A stretch of 64,000 bases of DNA from Planctomycetota bacterium (GTDB lineage Bacteria; Planctomycetota; B15-G4; JADJEK01): positions 1,291 through 65,290 of the forward strand of contig JACQZJ010000076.1 in NCBI GenBank assembly GCA_016213895.1, written 5' to 3'. A model generated the notes under the pieces. That model was not told the DNA's origin. It saw only the letters and a program-made list of their open reading frames with translations, and ran no database searches. A program made the translations under genes and the position numbers. Below are positions 1-8,009 of the stretch, piece by piece (positions within the stretch are counted from its first letter, which is position 1; every line of letters begins with the position of its first letter).

Positions 1-680
1 AGGATCAGCGTGGAGTGGACGACCGCGATGCCCGCGGAGCCCTGGCGGCCGTCGTTCGAGAACTCCTCGTTGACGCCGTTGTCGCCCGTCGCGCCGTGGA
101 TCTCGGCGGCGGTCACGCGCACCGTGGAGTTGAGGACATACACGGTCTTGCAGGAATAGTAGAGCTGACTGCAGCCTGGCGCGGCGCCCGGCAGGATGAC
201 CAGGCCGTCGATCGAGACGTTGGCGCAGTCCGCGATTTTCGCGCGTTCGGCGTTGTCGTCTGTGCAGCCGCCCAGGCAGTCGATGGTCACGCGCTCCAGG
301 ATCACCTCTCCCGCGCACTGCAACACCGCCAGGAAGATGGTCTTGGAGTTCGCGGCGAACGTCATGCCGGAGATGCCCGCCCGCTTACCGGCGCCGACTC
401 CCGAGATGGTCACCGGACTGGTCCCGCTCGGCGCCACGGACCGCACGGTGAACGATCCGGCCGCGGCGCGCACGATGATGCCCTTCGACAGCGTGAAGGG
501 CGCGTACGTCCCGGGCTGGACCAGGATGACGTCGCCGTCCGCGCCCGCGAAAATCGCCGCCTGGATCTGGGTGAAGTCGCCGCCGCCGCCGGCGTCCACG
601 ATCCAGACCTTGGCTTCGCAGAGTTGCGTGGCAGACAAGGCGCACAACAGGATGAGCAAGCAGATCCTGGCTCTCATGGC
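1..680 (-). CDS. Partial CDS (5' part inside window, runs off window start): secreted protein with parallel beta-helix-like sequence
   Basis: Manual minus-strand translation from ATG (rc of 678-680) gives MRARICLLILLCALSATQLCEAKVWIVDAGGGGDFTQIQAAIFAGADGDVILVQPGTYAPFTLSKGIIVRAAAGS... This shows a signal peptide followed by motifs typical of right-handed beta-helix proteins. There is no stop before the window edge, so it is absent from the ORF track. Confidence 0.5.
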
Positions 681-822
681 GTCTTCTTCCTGGCTTGGGC
701 CCCGCTTGCGGGGCGAACGTCGTTCCTGAGCTGATGATACCTGCGTTTCCCCGGGTGTCGGGCAAGTACACTTTCCCGGGTGCGTCTGCGATCTCCTGCG
801 GCCGCGACGGAAGGACGGGTTT

Positions 823-1431
823 ATGCAGCGAGCGATCAGGCTGATCGCCAGGGCGTTGCTCGTGCTGAGCGTTCTGCACAGCGTCTTCTGCCTTCTGGTC
901 GGCTTCGTCCTCTCGGGCGCTCCGGATTCGCCGGGCTACGGGCTCGTGGGAGCTGCCGTTCTCGCCTTGCCGTTTCAGTTGTTCGCCTGGCGGAGCCCGG
1001 CGTGGTGTCAGTTCGGGGTGGTCGTGCTGACGTTTCTTCTGATCCGTTTCTGGCGAGAGGCGACACCGGAGTTCGACGTCGGGCTTGAATCCGAGGAAGT
1101 GGCGACTCGTTTCCTCGACCAGCTATCCGCCGGCCATCTCGACGCGGCCTACGCGCTCTGCGCCGAGGGCGTTTCGCGCGAGGAACTCGCGACCCTAGTC
1201 GAGGCGAAGCGGCTGGACCAGATCCAGAGCTTCAGGCTGGTCAGAAGCGACGACGTCCGTCGTCTGACCACGTGGGTCGAATTCACGGTGATCCAGAAGG
1301 CGGCGTCCACGACAGACCAGGAGCCGGAGCGCCTAATTGGCCTGTGGGTCGTGGCTCGGCGTTGGAAGTCGCCGGCCGTCTGCTCGATCGCCTTTGACGG
1401 TCAGGAGGAGATCCCTTTCTCCCGGCAGTGA
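823..1431 (+). CDS. Hypothetical membrane protein (two N-terminal TM segments)
   Basis: 202-aa ORF with a coherent non-artefactual composition and hydrophobic segments LLVLSVLHSVFCLLVGFVL and FGVVVLTFLLIRFW. No recognisable family. Confidence 0.45.
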   Translation: MQRAIRLIARALLVLSVLHSVFCLLVGFVLSGAPDSPGYGLVGAAVLALPFQLFAWRSPAWCQFGVVVLTFLLIRFWREATPEFDVGLESEEVATRFLDQLSAGHLDAAYALCAEGVSREELATLVEAKRLDQIQSFRLVRSDDVRRLTTWVEFTVIQKAASTTDQEPERLIGLWVVARRWKSPAVCSIAFDGQEEIPFSRQ

Positions 1432-1504
1432 ATGGCCGCCGCCGACTCCAGGCGGAGTCGCCGTGCCCGCCCCGGAGTCCGCACACCCCGAACGTGATTC
1501 TGGA

Positions 1505-2938
1505 TCAGGCGCCGCGCCCCGCCTCCAGCCGGATCAGGTCGATCGCCTCGTCCAGGCGGTCCTGGTGCGTGCGGAAGCTCAGGACGCAGATGCGCTGGGT
1601 GAAGCGGCCCTTGACCCAGGCGCCGCTCATCCACACGCGCTGGTGGGCGAGCACGCGCTCGAGGAGCGCGACGTTGGCGCGGTCCTCGTCCTCGCCCGGA
1701 CGGGCCTCGTAGCGGAAGGTCACGAGCGACAGGTCGGGCGGCGCGAGCACGCGGATGCGCGGGATCTCCGCGAGGCGCACGGCGGCGCGCTCGGCGAGGT
1801 CGAGCTTCTCGTCCAGGCAGGCGCGAAACGCCCGCGCGCCGAAGATCTTCAAGGGCAGCCAGACGCGCAGGCCGCGAAAGTCGCGCGACAGCTCCGGCGA
1901 GTACTCGCAGAAGTCCTGCGCGACCGCGTCGTCCTGCAGGGTCGGCAGATACCCGGTCTCGGCCTGGTGGGGGGCGCGGAGATCCGCGCCGTGCCGCACC
2001 AGCAGGCAGCCGGTGCCGTAGGGCAGGAACAGCCCCTTGTGCGGATCGACGGTGATCGAGTCGGCGCGCTCGATGCCGTCGAGGCGCTTCTTGCCGCGCT
2101 CGGTCAGGAGGAAGAAGCCGCCGTAGGCCGCGTCCACGTGCAGCCAGAGGTTCTCGTCGCGGCAGACCTCCGCGATTCCCGGGAGATCGTCCACCACGCC
2201 GGTGTTCGTGGTGCCCGCGCTCGCCACCGCGATGGCGGGCCGGAGCCCCGCGCGCCGGTCGCGGGTCACGGCGTCCCGGAGCGCCGCGGCGTGGAACCTG
2301 AGGTCCTCGCCGGTCTCGATCGTGCGCACGCAGTCGCGCGGGAAGCCGATGACGCGCGCCGCCTTCGCCACCGAGTGGTGCGCCTGATCCGAGACGTACA
2401 CCACGCCGTCCTGGAAGCGTTCGCCGAGCAGCTTGTGGCGCGCGCACACCAGGCCCACCAGGTTGGCGAGCGACCCGCCGCTCGTGAGGATGCCGCGCGC
2501 TTCCTCCCCGAAGCCGGCCATGTCCAGGAACCAGCGCAGCACGTTCATCTCGAGGCGCGCGAGGAGCGGCGCGGGCGCGAACATGCCGGTGTAGCGGTTG
2601 GTGATGTTGGCGATCAGGTCGGCGATGGCCGCGGGCACGATGCCGCCGCCGGGAATGTAGGCGAGGTAGCCGGGCCCGGCCGTGTTGAACGAGCGCGGCG
2701 CGTACTCCCGCACCACCTTGCGCATAAGCTCGCCCGCGTCCGCGCCGTCTTCCGGCAGGGGCTCGATCAGCGCGCGCGCCTCGTCCAGGGCGTTCGCCGC
2801 GTTCGCCGCCGGCTGCTCGGGAAGGGCCCGCAGGTGCTCGAGGACGAGGCTGGCCGCCTGGTCGAGCCAGGCGCGCACCGTGACTTCGTCAGGCTCGAGC
2901 GGATGGCGCGCGCGGGCCGTGCTGGAGTTCTCGCTCAT
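1505..2938 (-). CDS. Pyridoxal-phosphate-dependent decarboxylase, group II (aromatic-L-amino-acid/glutamate decarboxylase family)
   Basis: The ORF carries the DPHKGLFLPYGTGCLL motif (PLP-lysine in DPHK) and SGGSxAN. Length and layout fit the group II decarboxylase fold. The likely start is MSENSS (2938), with an alternative MTEG at 2974. Confidence 0.85.
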   Translation of the reverse strand: MSENSSTARARHPLEPDEVTVRAWLDQAASLVLEHLRALPEQPAANAANALDEARALIEPLPEDGADAGELMRKVVREYAPRSFNTAGPGYLAYIPGGGIVPAAIADLIANITNRYTGMFAPAPLLARLEMNVLRWFLDMAGFGEEARGILTSGGSLANLVGLVCARHKLLGERFQDGVVYVSDQAHHSVAKAARVIGFPRDCVRTIETGEDLRFHAAALRDAVTRDRRAGLRPAIAVASAGTTNTGVVDDLPGIAEVCRDENLWLHVDAAYGGFFLLTERGKKRLDGIERADSITVDPHKGLFLPYGTGCLLVRHGADLRAPHQAETGYLPTLQDDAVAQDFCEYSPELSRDFRGLRVWLPLKIFGARAFRACLDEKLDLAERAAVRLAEIPRIRVLAPPDLSLVTFRYEARPGEDEDRANVALLERVLAHQRVWMSGAWVKGRFTQRICVLSFRTHQDRLDEAIDLIRLEAGRGA

Positions 2939-2990
2939 GCGCCCGAAATGACGCCTTCGCGGACCCTCCGTCAAGGGCCTGCAGCGCGGA

Positions 2991-3431
2991 TCAGCGCGCG
3001 GCCACGATGTGGTCGAAGCGCTGATAGGCCTCGAAGCACAGGGTCAGGAGCGCGGTCGCACCCACGCGTCCGAGCGGGTTGCCCTGCGGATCCCAGGATC
3101 CCTGCTTGCAGCCGTCCTGCCGCTGGCTCCTCACCACGGCCTCGAGCAGATGGCTCTGCCACGCGTCCCAGTCCGCGCCGCCCATCTGGAACATAGCGTA
3201 GGACCCGAAGAACCAGTAGGGGAACTCGGCGGCGCCGGCGGTGCCGTTCTTCTCCCACTCCGGAGGATGCGCTCGCAGGAGCGCGGCAGCCGCGCGCAGC
3301 TCGGCGCCTTCTGGATCCGCGCCGAGCAGGATGAGGCCGAGCAGCGCGGCGGCGGCGGGCCGCTCCGGATGAGCCTCGCTGCTCGCCGCGTCGAGCGCCA
3401 GGCGCAGCCGCTCCTCGAGGAACCTGCGCGC
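2991..3431 (-). pseudogene. In-frame continuation of the VIT-vWA gene downstream of TAG (3432-3434): 146 further codons of the same repeat domain (possible pseudogene, sequencing error or stop-codon readthrough)
   Basis: In the same frame (offset 441 nt, which is 147 codons) the sequence reads ARRFLEERLRL...WEKNGTAGAAEFPYWFFGSYAMFQMGGADWDAWQSHLLEAVVRSQRQDGCKQGSWDPQGNPLGRVGATALLTLCFEAY. There is no Met before MFQMGG, and the QW-like motif continues the upstream domain. Confidence 0.7.
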
Positions 3432-6092
3432 CTAGTCGAGCGCCGTTGGATCGACCGACAGCCCGAAGTCTCGAGCCGACTTCAGAGCCAGCACGACCCA
3501 GCTCGTGAGGACCACGTCCTCGACCCGGTCCGCGCCGTCTCCCATGCGCCAGGCCCCGTCCGGCACGCGCGCCGCGAGCAGGAAGTCGATCCCCTTCTGC
3601 GCGGGGTCCTTCAGGAGCGGCCACTTCGCCAGCCCGCAGCACTCGGTCACGGCCAGCGTGGCGATGGCGTGATCGAGCAGGAAGCCGTCCCGGGACTTGC
3701 CCTCGCCGAAGCCACCGTTCGCCTGGTCCTGCAGGGACAACAGGTGCCTCGCGGCCACTCGGACCCCGTCCCGGTAGGTGCCCTGCTTCGCCGTGTTTCC
3801 CGCTCCGAGGTGCGCGAGGAGGGCCAGTCCGTTCATGCCGGCGTCGCGGCCGACCTCCCCTTCCCCGCCGCATTGGCTCGTGAAGCAGCAGTTGCTGAAC
3901 CTGCTGCTGGACCAGAAGCCGCGCGGATCCTGATGCCTCCTCAGCCACTCCAGGCTTCGCTCCACGTGCTGCAAGACGCGCACTACCTTCTGGCTCGCCT
4001 TGCAGCCGCCCACGCCCAGGACATCGTATTCGCCCCCGTCCATCATTGGCGCGTCGCGGGCGAGCAACTCTCTCACCGTCTCGGGGAGGGCCTCGTCCTT
4101 CTCCGTGTCGTCCTCGGAGACGACCTGCTCGTCGAGCTGGACCGCCTGCTCCGCGATGGGGTCCATCCGGGAAACCGGAGATGCGTTGACTCCCACGTCG
4201 GCCGCCGCGGGGTCGAGCCCGGCCAGCTCCCGGCGCCGCGCGGTCACCCGTTCCAGCGCCGCGTCCAGAGCCGTGGCGTCGCCCGGCGCGAGGCGCGCCC
4301 GGTCCTCGGGCAGGCGCGCGAGAAACGACGTGTACGGGCAGTGCACGCCGGTTTCGAGGGACAGGTCGATCTCCGCCTGGACCAGCTCGTCCTCGGTCGA
4401 GTACCGGCCGCGCTCGAGGGCCGCGAAGTAGGCCTCGTCCGAGAGGCCGGCGCGCAGGCGCAAGGCCCTCTCCAGCCAGCCGAGCTTGGCGCGCGCATAG
4501 AGGTCGCGCGCGACCGGCTCGCCGCGCGCGGCCGGCGCCTCGGCCTGGCCGAAGTCGACGGATGCGCTGAGAGCGCGCTTCCTTCCGTCCAGGATTCCCT
4601 CGACGGTCACGCGCTGCTCGCCCGCGCCGCGCCAGCGGCCCGTGATCACCGCCTGCTCGCCGAGGTAGATGGTGGGAAGCGGCCGCGGCAGCAGGTCGTC
4701 CACCACGCGGCCGTCGATGGTGACGCGCAAGCCGGCGACGGCCGGCGAGGACGTGCGCGCCAGGAACGCGCAGAGGCGCGACTCGATCTCGCCCTCCGGC
4801 CGGAACACCTCCGCGCTGCCGCCTCCGGCCGCGGCGATGCCCTCGAGCAGGGCGGAGTCCACGTCCGCGCCCACGCCGAAGGCGAAGGCGTGCGGAGCGC
4901 CCTCGGCCTGCTGCCGGGCGCACTCGATGATGCGCTCGGGCTGCGTCTCTCCCGCCGTGGGCAGGCCGTCGGTCAAGAACACGGCGAGGCCCACGCGGCC
5001 GTCCTCCCGGCCGCCGGCCGAGCAGGCCGCCTGCACCGCGTCGCCGAGAGCGGTGCCGCCGCCGGCCTCGGCGGTCTCGACGAAGCGCCGGAGCGCCGCG
5101 AGGTTCTCGCCGGTCGCCGGGACCGGCGCGTCCGCGAAGCGGCTCACCACGTCGCTGAAGAGCAGCACGTTCACGCGGTCCCTCTCCCGCAGGTGCTCGA
5201 GCAGCCAGAGCGCGGCGCGCTTCGCCTGCGCGATCTTGGCGCCCTCCATGCTGCCGGACACGTCGAGAGCGAGCGTCACGTCGCGCGGCAGCACCTGGCT
5301 CTCGGCGAGCGCGGGCGGCGTGACCAGGGCGGCGAAGAACGCATCCCCGCACGCGGGCCGGAAGACATGCACCGCGAGCGACGGCTCGGGCGTGGCGACC
5401 CTGGCGGTCACGACCACGTCCTCGCCGAGGAGCGCGCGCGACTTCTCGAGCGAGGCGTGCGCCTCGTGCTCGGAGACGAGGTGTGTTGCCATGCCCTCGG
5501 TGGGGGAGGAGACGTTCTTGATCGGGACCGACGAGCGCACGGCTACGGACACGGTGAGGTCCTGCTCGGTCGAGGCAGCGCCCGCGGCGAGCGCCAGCGG
5601 ATAGACGTAGCGATACTCGTCGTTCAGGAGCGGCAGGGCCTCGATCCAGGTCAGCTCCACCACGGTCGGCTGGTCCGGCAGCACCGGGAAGACCGAGAGG
5701 CGGAAGGCCGAGCGGCCGATCTGCTCCACGAGCGCCGGGTCGCGCTTCTGGCGCACGATGGCGTCGTAGGCGCGACGCGCAATCATGCGCTCGGCGAGGA
5801 ACCCCTCGAGCCGCTGATCGCCCAGCTCGAGCGCCAGGCCGGTCAAGGCCGCGCCTTCTGGCAGCGGGAAGACGTAGAGCGCCTCGAGCGCCCGGCCGTG
5901 GGGGTTCACGAACGTCTGGCGGAGCGTGGTGCGCGCCAGGCCGTCGTGAACCTCGGCCGTGACGCGGTGCGAGCGCACCTGGATGGGAGGGCTGCCGTCC
6001 CGCGGAACCAGGAGCCCGGCGCCGAAGGCGCGCTCACAGGCGAGCGCGGTAAGCACGAGACAGACGGAGAGCGGGAACCGCGACCAGGACAT
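3432..6092 (-). CDS. Secreted VIT (vault/inter-alpha-trypsin) + von Willebrand A domain protein with C-terminal prenyltransferase/terpene-cyclase-like (QW-type) repeats; ORF terminated by in-frame TAG
   Basis: There is an N-terminal signal peptide (MSWSRFPLSVCLVLTALA). A VIT-like N-terminal region is followed by a vWA MIDAS motif (LALDVSGSMEG...TALGDA). The C-terminus carries QDPRGFWSSS, QANGGFGEG and PDGAWRMGDG repeats typical of alpha/alpha-toroid prenyltransferase/SHC-like repeats. Confidence 0.85.
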   Translation of the reverse strand: MSWSRFPLSVCLVLTALACERAFGAGLLVPRDGSPPIQVRSHRVTAEVHDGLARTTLRQTFVNPHGRALEALYVFPLPEGAALTGLALELGDQRLEGFLAERMIARRAYDAIVRQKRDPALVEQIGRSAFRLSVFPVLPDQPTVVELTWIEALPLLNDEYRYVYPLALAAGAASTEQDLTVSVAVRSSVPIKNVSSPTEGMATHLVSEHEAHASLEKSRALLGEDVVVTARVATPEPSLAVHVFRPACGDAFFAALVTPPALAESQVLPRDVTLALDVSGSMEGAKIAQAKRAALWLLEHLRERDRVNVLLFSDVVSRFADAPVPATGENLAALRRFVETAEAGGGTALGDAVQAACSAGGREDGRVGLAVFLTDGLPTAGETQPERIIECARQQAEGAPHAFAFGVGADVDSALLEGIAAAGGGSAEVFRPEGEIESRLCAFLARTSSPAVAGLRVTIDGRVVDDLLPRPLPTIYLGEQAVITGRWRGAGEQRVTVEGILDGRKRALSASVDFGQAEAPAARGEPVARDLYARAKLGWLERALRLRAGLSDEAYFAALERGRYSTEDELVQAEIDLSLETGVHCPYTSFLARLPEDRARLAPGDATALDAALERVTARRRELAGLDPAAADVGVNASPVSRMDPIAEQAVQLDEQVVSEDDTEKDEALPETVRELLARDAPMMDGGEYDVLGVGGCKASQKVVRVLQHVERSLEWLRRHQDPRGFWSSSRFSNCCFTSQCGGEGEVGRDAGMNGLALLAHLGAGNTAKQGTYRDGVRVAARHLLSLQDQANGGFGEGKSRDGFLLDHAIATLAVTECCGLAKWPLLKDPAQKGIDFLLAARVPDGAWRMGDGADRVEDVVLTSWVVLALKSARDFGLSVDPTALD

Positions 6093-6254
6093 GGCATCGG
6101 CCTCCTCGATCGACTCGGTTGGGGACTCTTGCGCGGCCCTTCAACTCGTGGCCGCGTTCGCGCGCCTTGCTGCTCCATCCGAACGGACGCCGCCCTTCCC
6201 GGTTCACGGACTTGACAGACGAACGCACCGGCGACACTCCACGCGCGGTGCGTA

Positions 6255-6520
6255 CATTCCGTGCTTGATCTGACGGGCGGTGCAGTCATTCCGTGCGATC
6301 GCGGGCTCCTGGCCCGCGATCGCCCACGTCCGTCTGGCGCGGACGCTGCGCGCCGCGCCAGACGCCGTGGCTTGATCCGACGGGCGGGGCGCCCGCGGCT
6401 CAGCCGCGGCACCGCGCGTCCACGCGACGCCGCGGCTTGATCCGACGGGCGGGGCGCCCGCGGCTCAGCCGCGGCACCGCGCGTGCACGCGCCGTGCATT
6501 GATTCCGTGCGATCGCCTAC
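6255..6520. repeat. Complex direct-repeat region: two near-identical tandem 65-bp units (6361-6425, 6426-6490) plus degenerate flanking copies; each unit contains a CCGCGG-CTCAG-CCGCGG near-palindrome
   Basis: The unit GCTTGATCCGACGGGCGGGGCGCCCGCGGCTCAGCCGCGGCACCGCGCGT is repeated with 65-bp periodicity. The related stretches cattccgtgcgatcgc (around 6287) and attgattccgtgcgatcgcc (around 6498) flank the units. The region lies in the 680-bp divergent intergenic space between the VIT-vWA gene and the SGNH gene. Confidence 0.85.
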
Positions 6521-6770
6521 CTCAAGTAAGTTGTCCCGAAGCAAGCTCACCTCGCCCTGAGCATCGAGACGGCGCGCCGGTGGAGCGAGCGGCGTTTCCC
6601 CGGATCCCGGGGAAACGGCCGCGATGCTCCCTACGCCAGCCTCCCCTCCGGCTCCGGGGAAACCGCCGCCAGCGCCTCGCGCCCGGCCGCGCCGTGGTAT
6701 CCTGGAATACACGGTCCGAAGGCGCGGGCGCCTGCCCCCCGGCGTTTCCGGATGCGCAAGACGGACCACG

Positions 6771-8009
6771 ATGAAGAAGAAGAACCCGAGCGCGGGCGCG
6801 CGGCGCCGCCGGCTCCTGCCGGCCGCCGTTCTCGCCCTCGCTGTCACGGCGCTCCTGCTCTCTGCCGCCGAGCTGGTGCTGCGCGGCCTGCGCGGCGAAC
6901 CCGGGCTCTACGCGGGCTATCGCTGGCTTTGCGGCACGCACCTCGTGGACCCGACTTTCTCCGAGTTCCGCGCCAGGCAGGAGGAGATCCAGGAAGAGCG
7001 CGCGGCGCAGGGAATGGAGCGGGGCCGCGACCATCCCCTTTTCGGCTGGACCTACAACCCGGGGTTCCACGCCAGCGCCAGCGGCCTCGACATCCGCATC
7101 AACTCGCACGCGCTGCGCGGTCCGGAGTTCCCGGAGGAGAAGCCGCCCGGCGAGATCCGCGTGCTGGCGCTCGGCGGATCGACCACGGCCGGCGAGGAGG
7201 TCGCCGAGGCGGACACGTATCCCGCGCAGCTTGAGCAGATGCTCCGCGAGCGCTTCCCGGGGAAGAACCTCCGCGTCATCAACGCCGGCGTTCCGTCGTA
7301 TCACGTGGAGGACTCGTTCCGCCACTACAGCCTGCGCCTGTTCCGCCTGCGCCCGGACTTCGTCACGATCTACCACGGCATCAATGACGTGCGGCTCTAC
7401 GGCCGCGGCGGGCCGGACATCGCGCCAAAGCAGAACTACTCGGGCCGCGCGCTCTCGCCGTTCGTGTACGAGGGCGACGCGCTTGGCCCGCGCGCGGAAT
7501 CGGCCTTTCGCTGGCTGCTGGGCGCGTTCGCCGACCGGAGCCAGCTCGTGAGCGGCGTGCGCTCGGTCGTGAAGTCGCTCGAACCCAAGGAGGCGCGCGC
7601 GGCAGAGGAGGTCACGCCCGCGGGCATCGCCGCGTTCCAGGCCTACGCCGGCGCTCTCGTGCGGCAGATCCAGGCGAGCAGCGCCGTGCCCGTTCTCGCC
7701 ACGTTCGCCATTGCCTGGCCCGGCCGCTTCGACGAGCACGACCAGTTGAAGATCGACGAGAGCTTCCGCACGTGGCTCAAGAAGCCAGGCCTTTCGCTCG
7801 CCGCCGGCCGGCAGGTGCTCGACCTGCAGAACCGCTTCCTCTTCGAGCTTGCGGCCGAGGAGGGCATCCCCGCCTGCGACGTGGCCGCGGCCGTGCCTGC
7901 CGACCGCGAGCACTTCATCGACGTCTGCCACTTGACGCCGCAGGGCAACCGCCGCATCGCCGCGGCCCTGGCCGACACGCTCGCGCCGCTCATAGCCGCG
8001 CGGCGGTGA
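6771..8009 (+). CDS. SGNH/GDSL-family hydrolase (secreted/membrane-anchored)
   Basis: Starting from MKKKNPSAG there is an N-terminal hydrophobic anchor. The GDS(L)-like block VLALGGSTTAG and a C-terminal DVCHLT (DxxH) are the SGNH catalytic signature. The long upstream part of the ORF is Pro/Arg-rich and probably not translated. Confidence 0.75.
   Translation: MKKKNPSAGARRRRLLPAAVLALAVTALLLSAAELVLRGLRGEPGLYAGYRWLCGTHLVDPTFSEFRARQEEIQEERAAQGMERGRDHPLFGWTYNPGFHASASGLDIRINSHALRGPEFPEEKPPGEIRVLALGGSTTAGEEVAEADTYPAQLEQMLRERFPGKNLRVINAGVPSYHVEDSFRHYSLRLFRLRPDFVTIYHGINDVRLYGRGGPDIAPKQNYSGRALSPFVYEGDALGPRAESAFRWLLGAFADRSQLVSGVRSVVKSLEPKEARAAEEVTPAGIAAFQAYAGALVRQIQASSAVPVLATFAIAWPGRFDEHDQLKIDESFRTWLKKPGLSLAAGRQVLDLQNRFLFELAAEEGIPACDVAAAVPADREHFIDVCHLTPQGNRRIAAALADTLAPLIAARR

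Noticed and set aside
2971-6215. Very long ORFs (793 aa on minus, 1068 aa on plus) overlapping the VIT-vWA gene
   Set aside because: The translations are dominated by Arg/Ala/Gly/Pro runs (RRRGRRGR...). This is typical of the antisense or off-frames of about 72% GC coding DNA. The 886-aa frame carries the real domain signatures.
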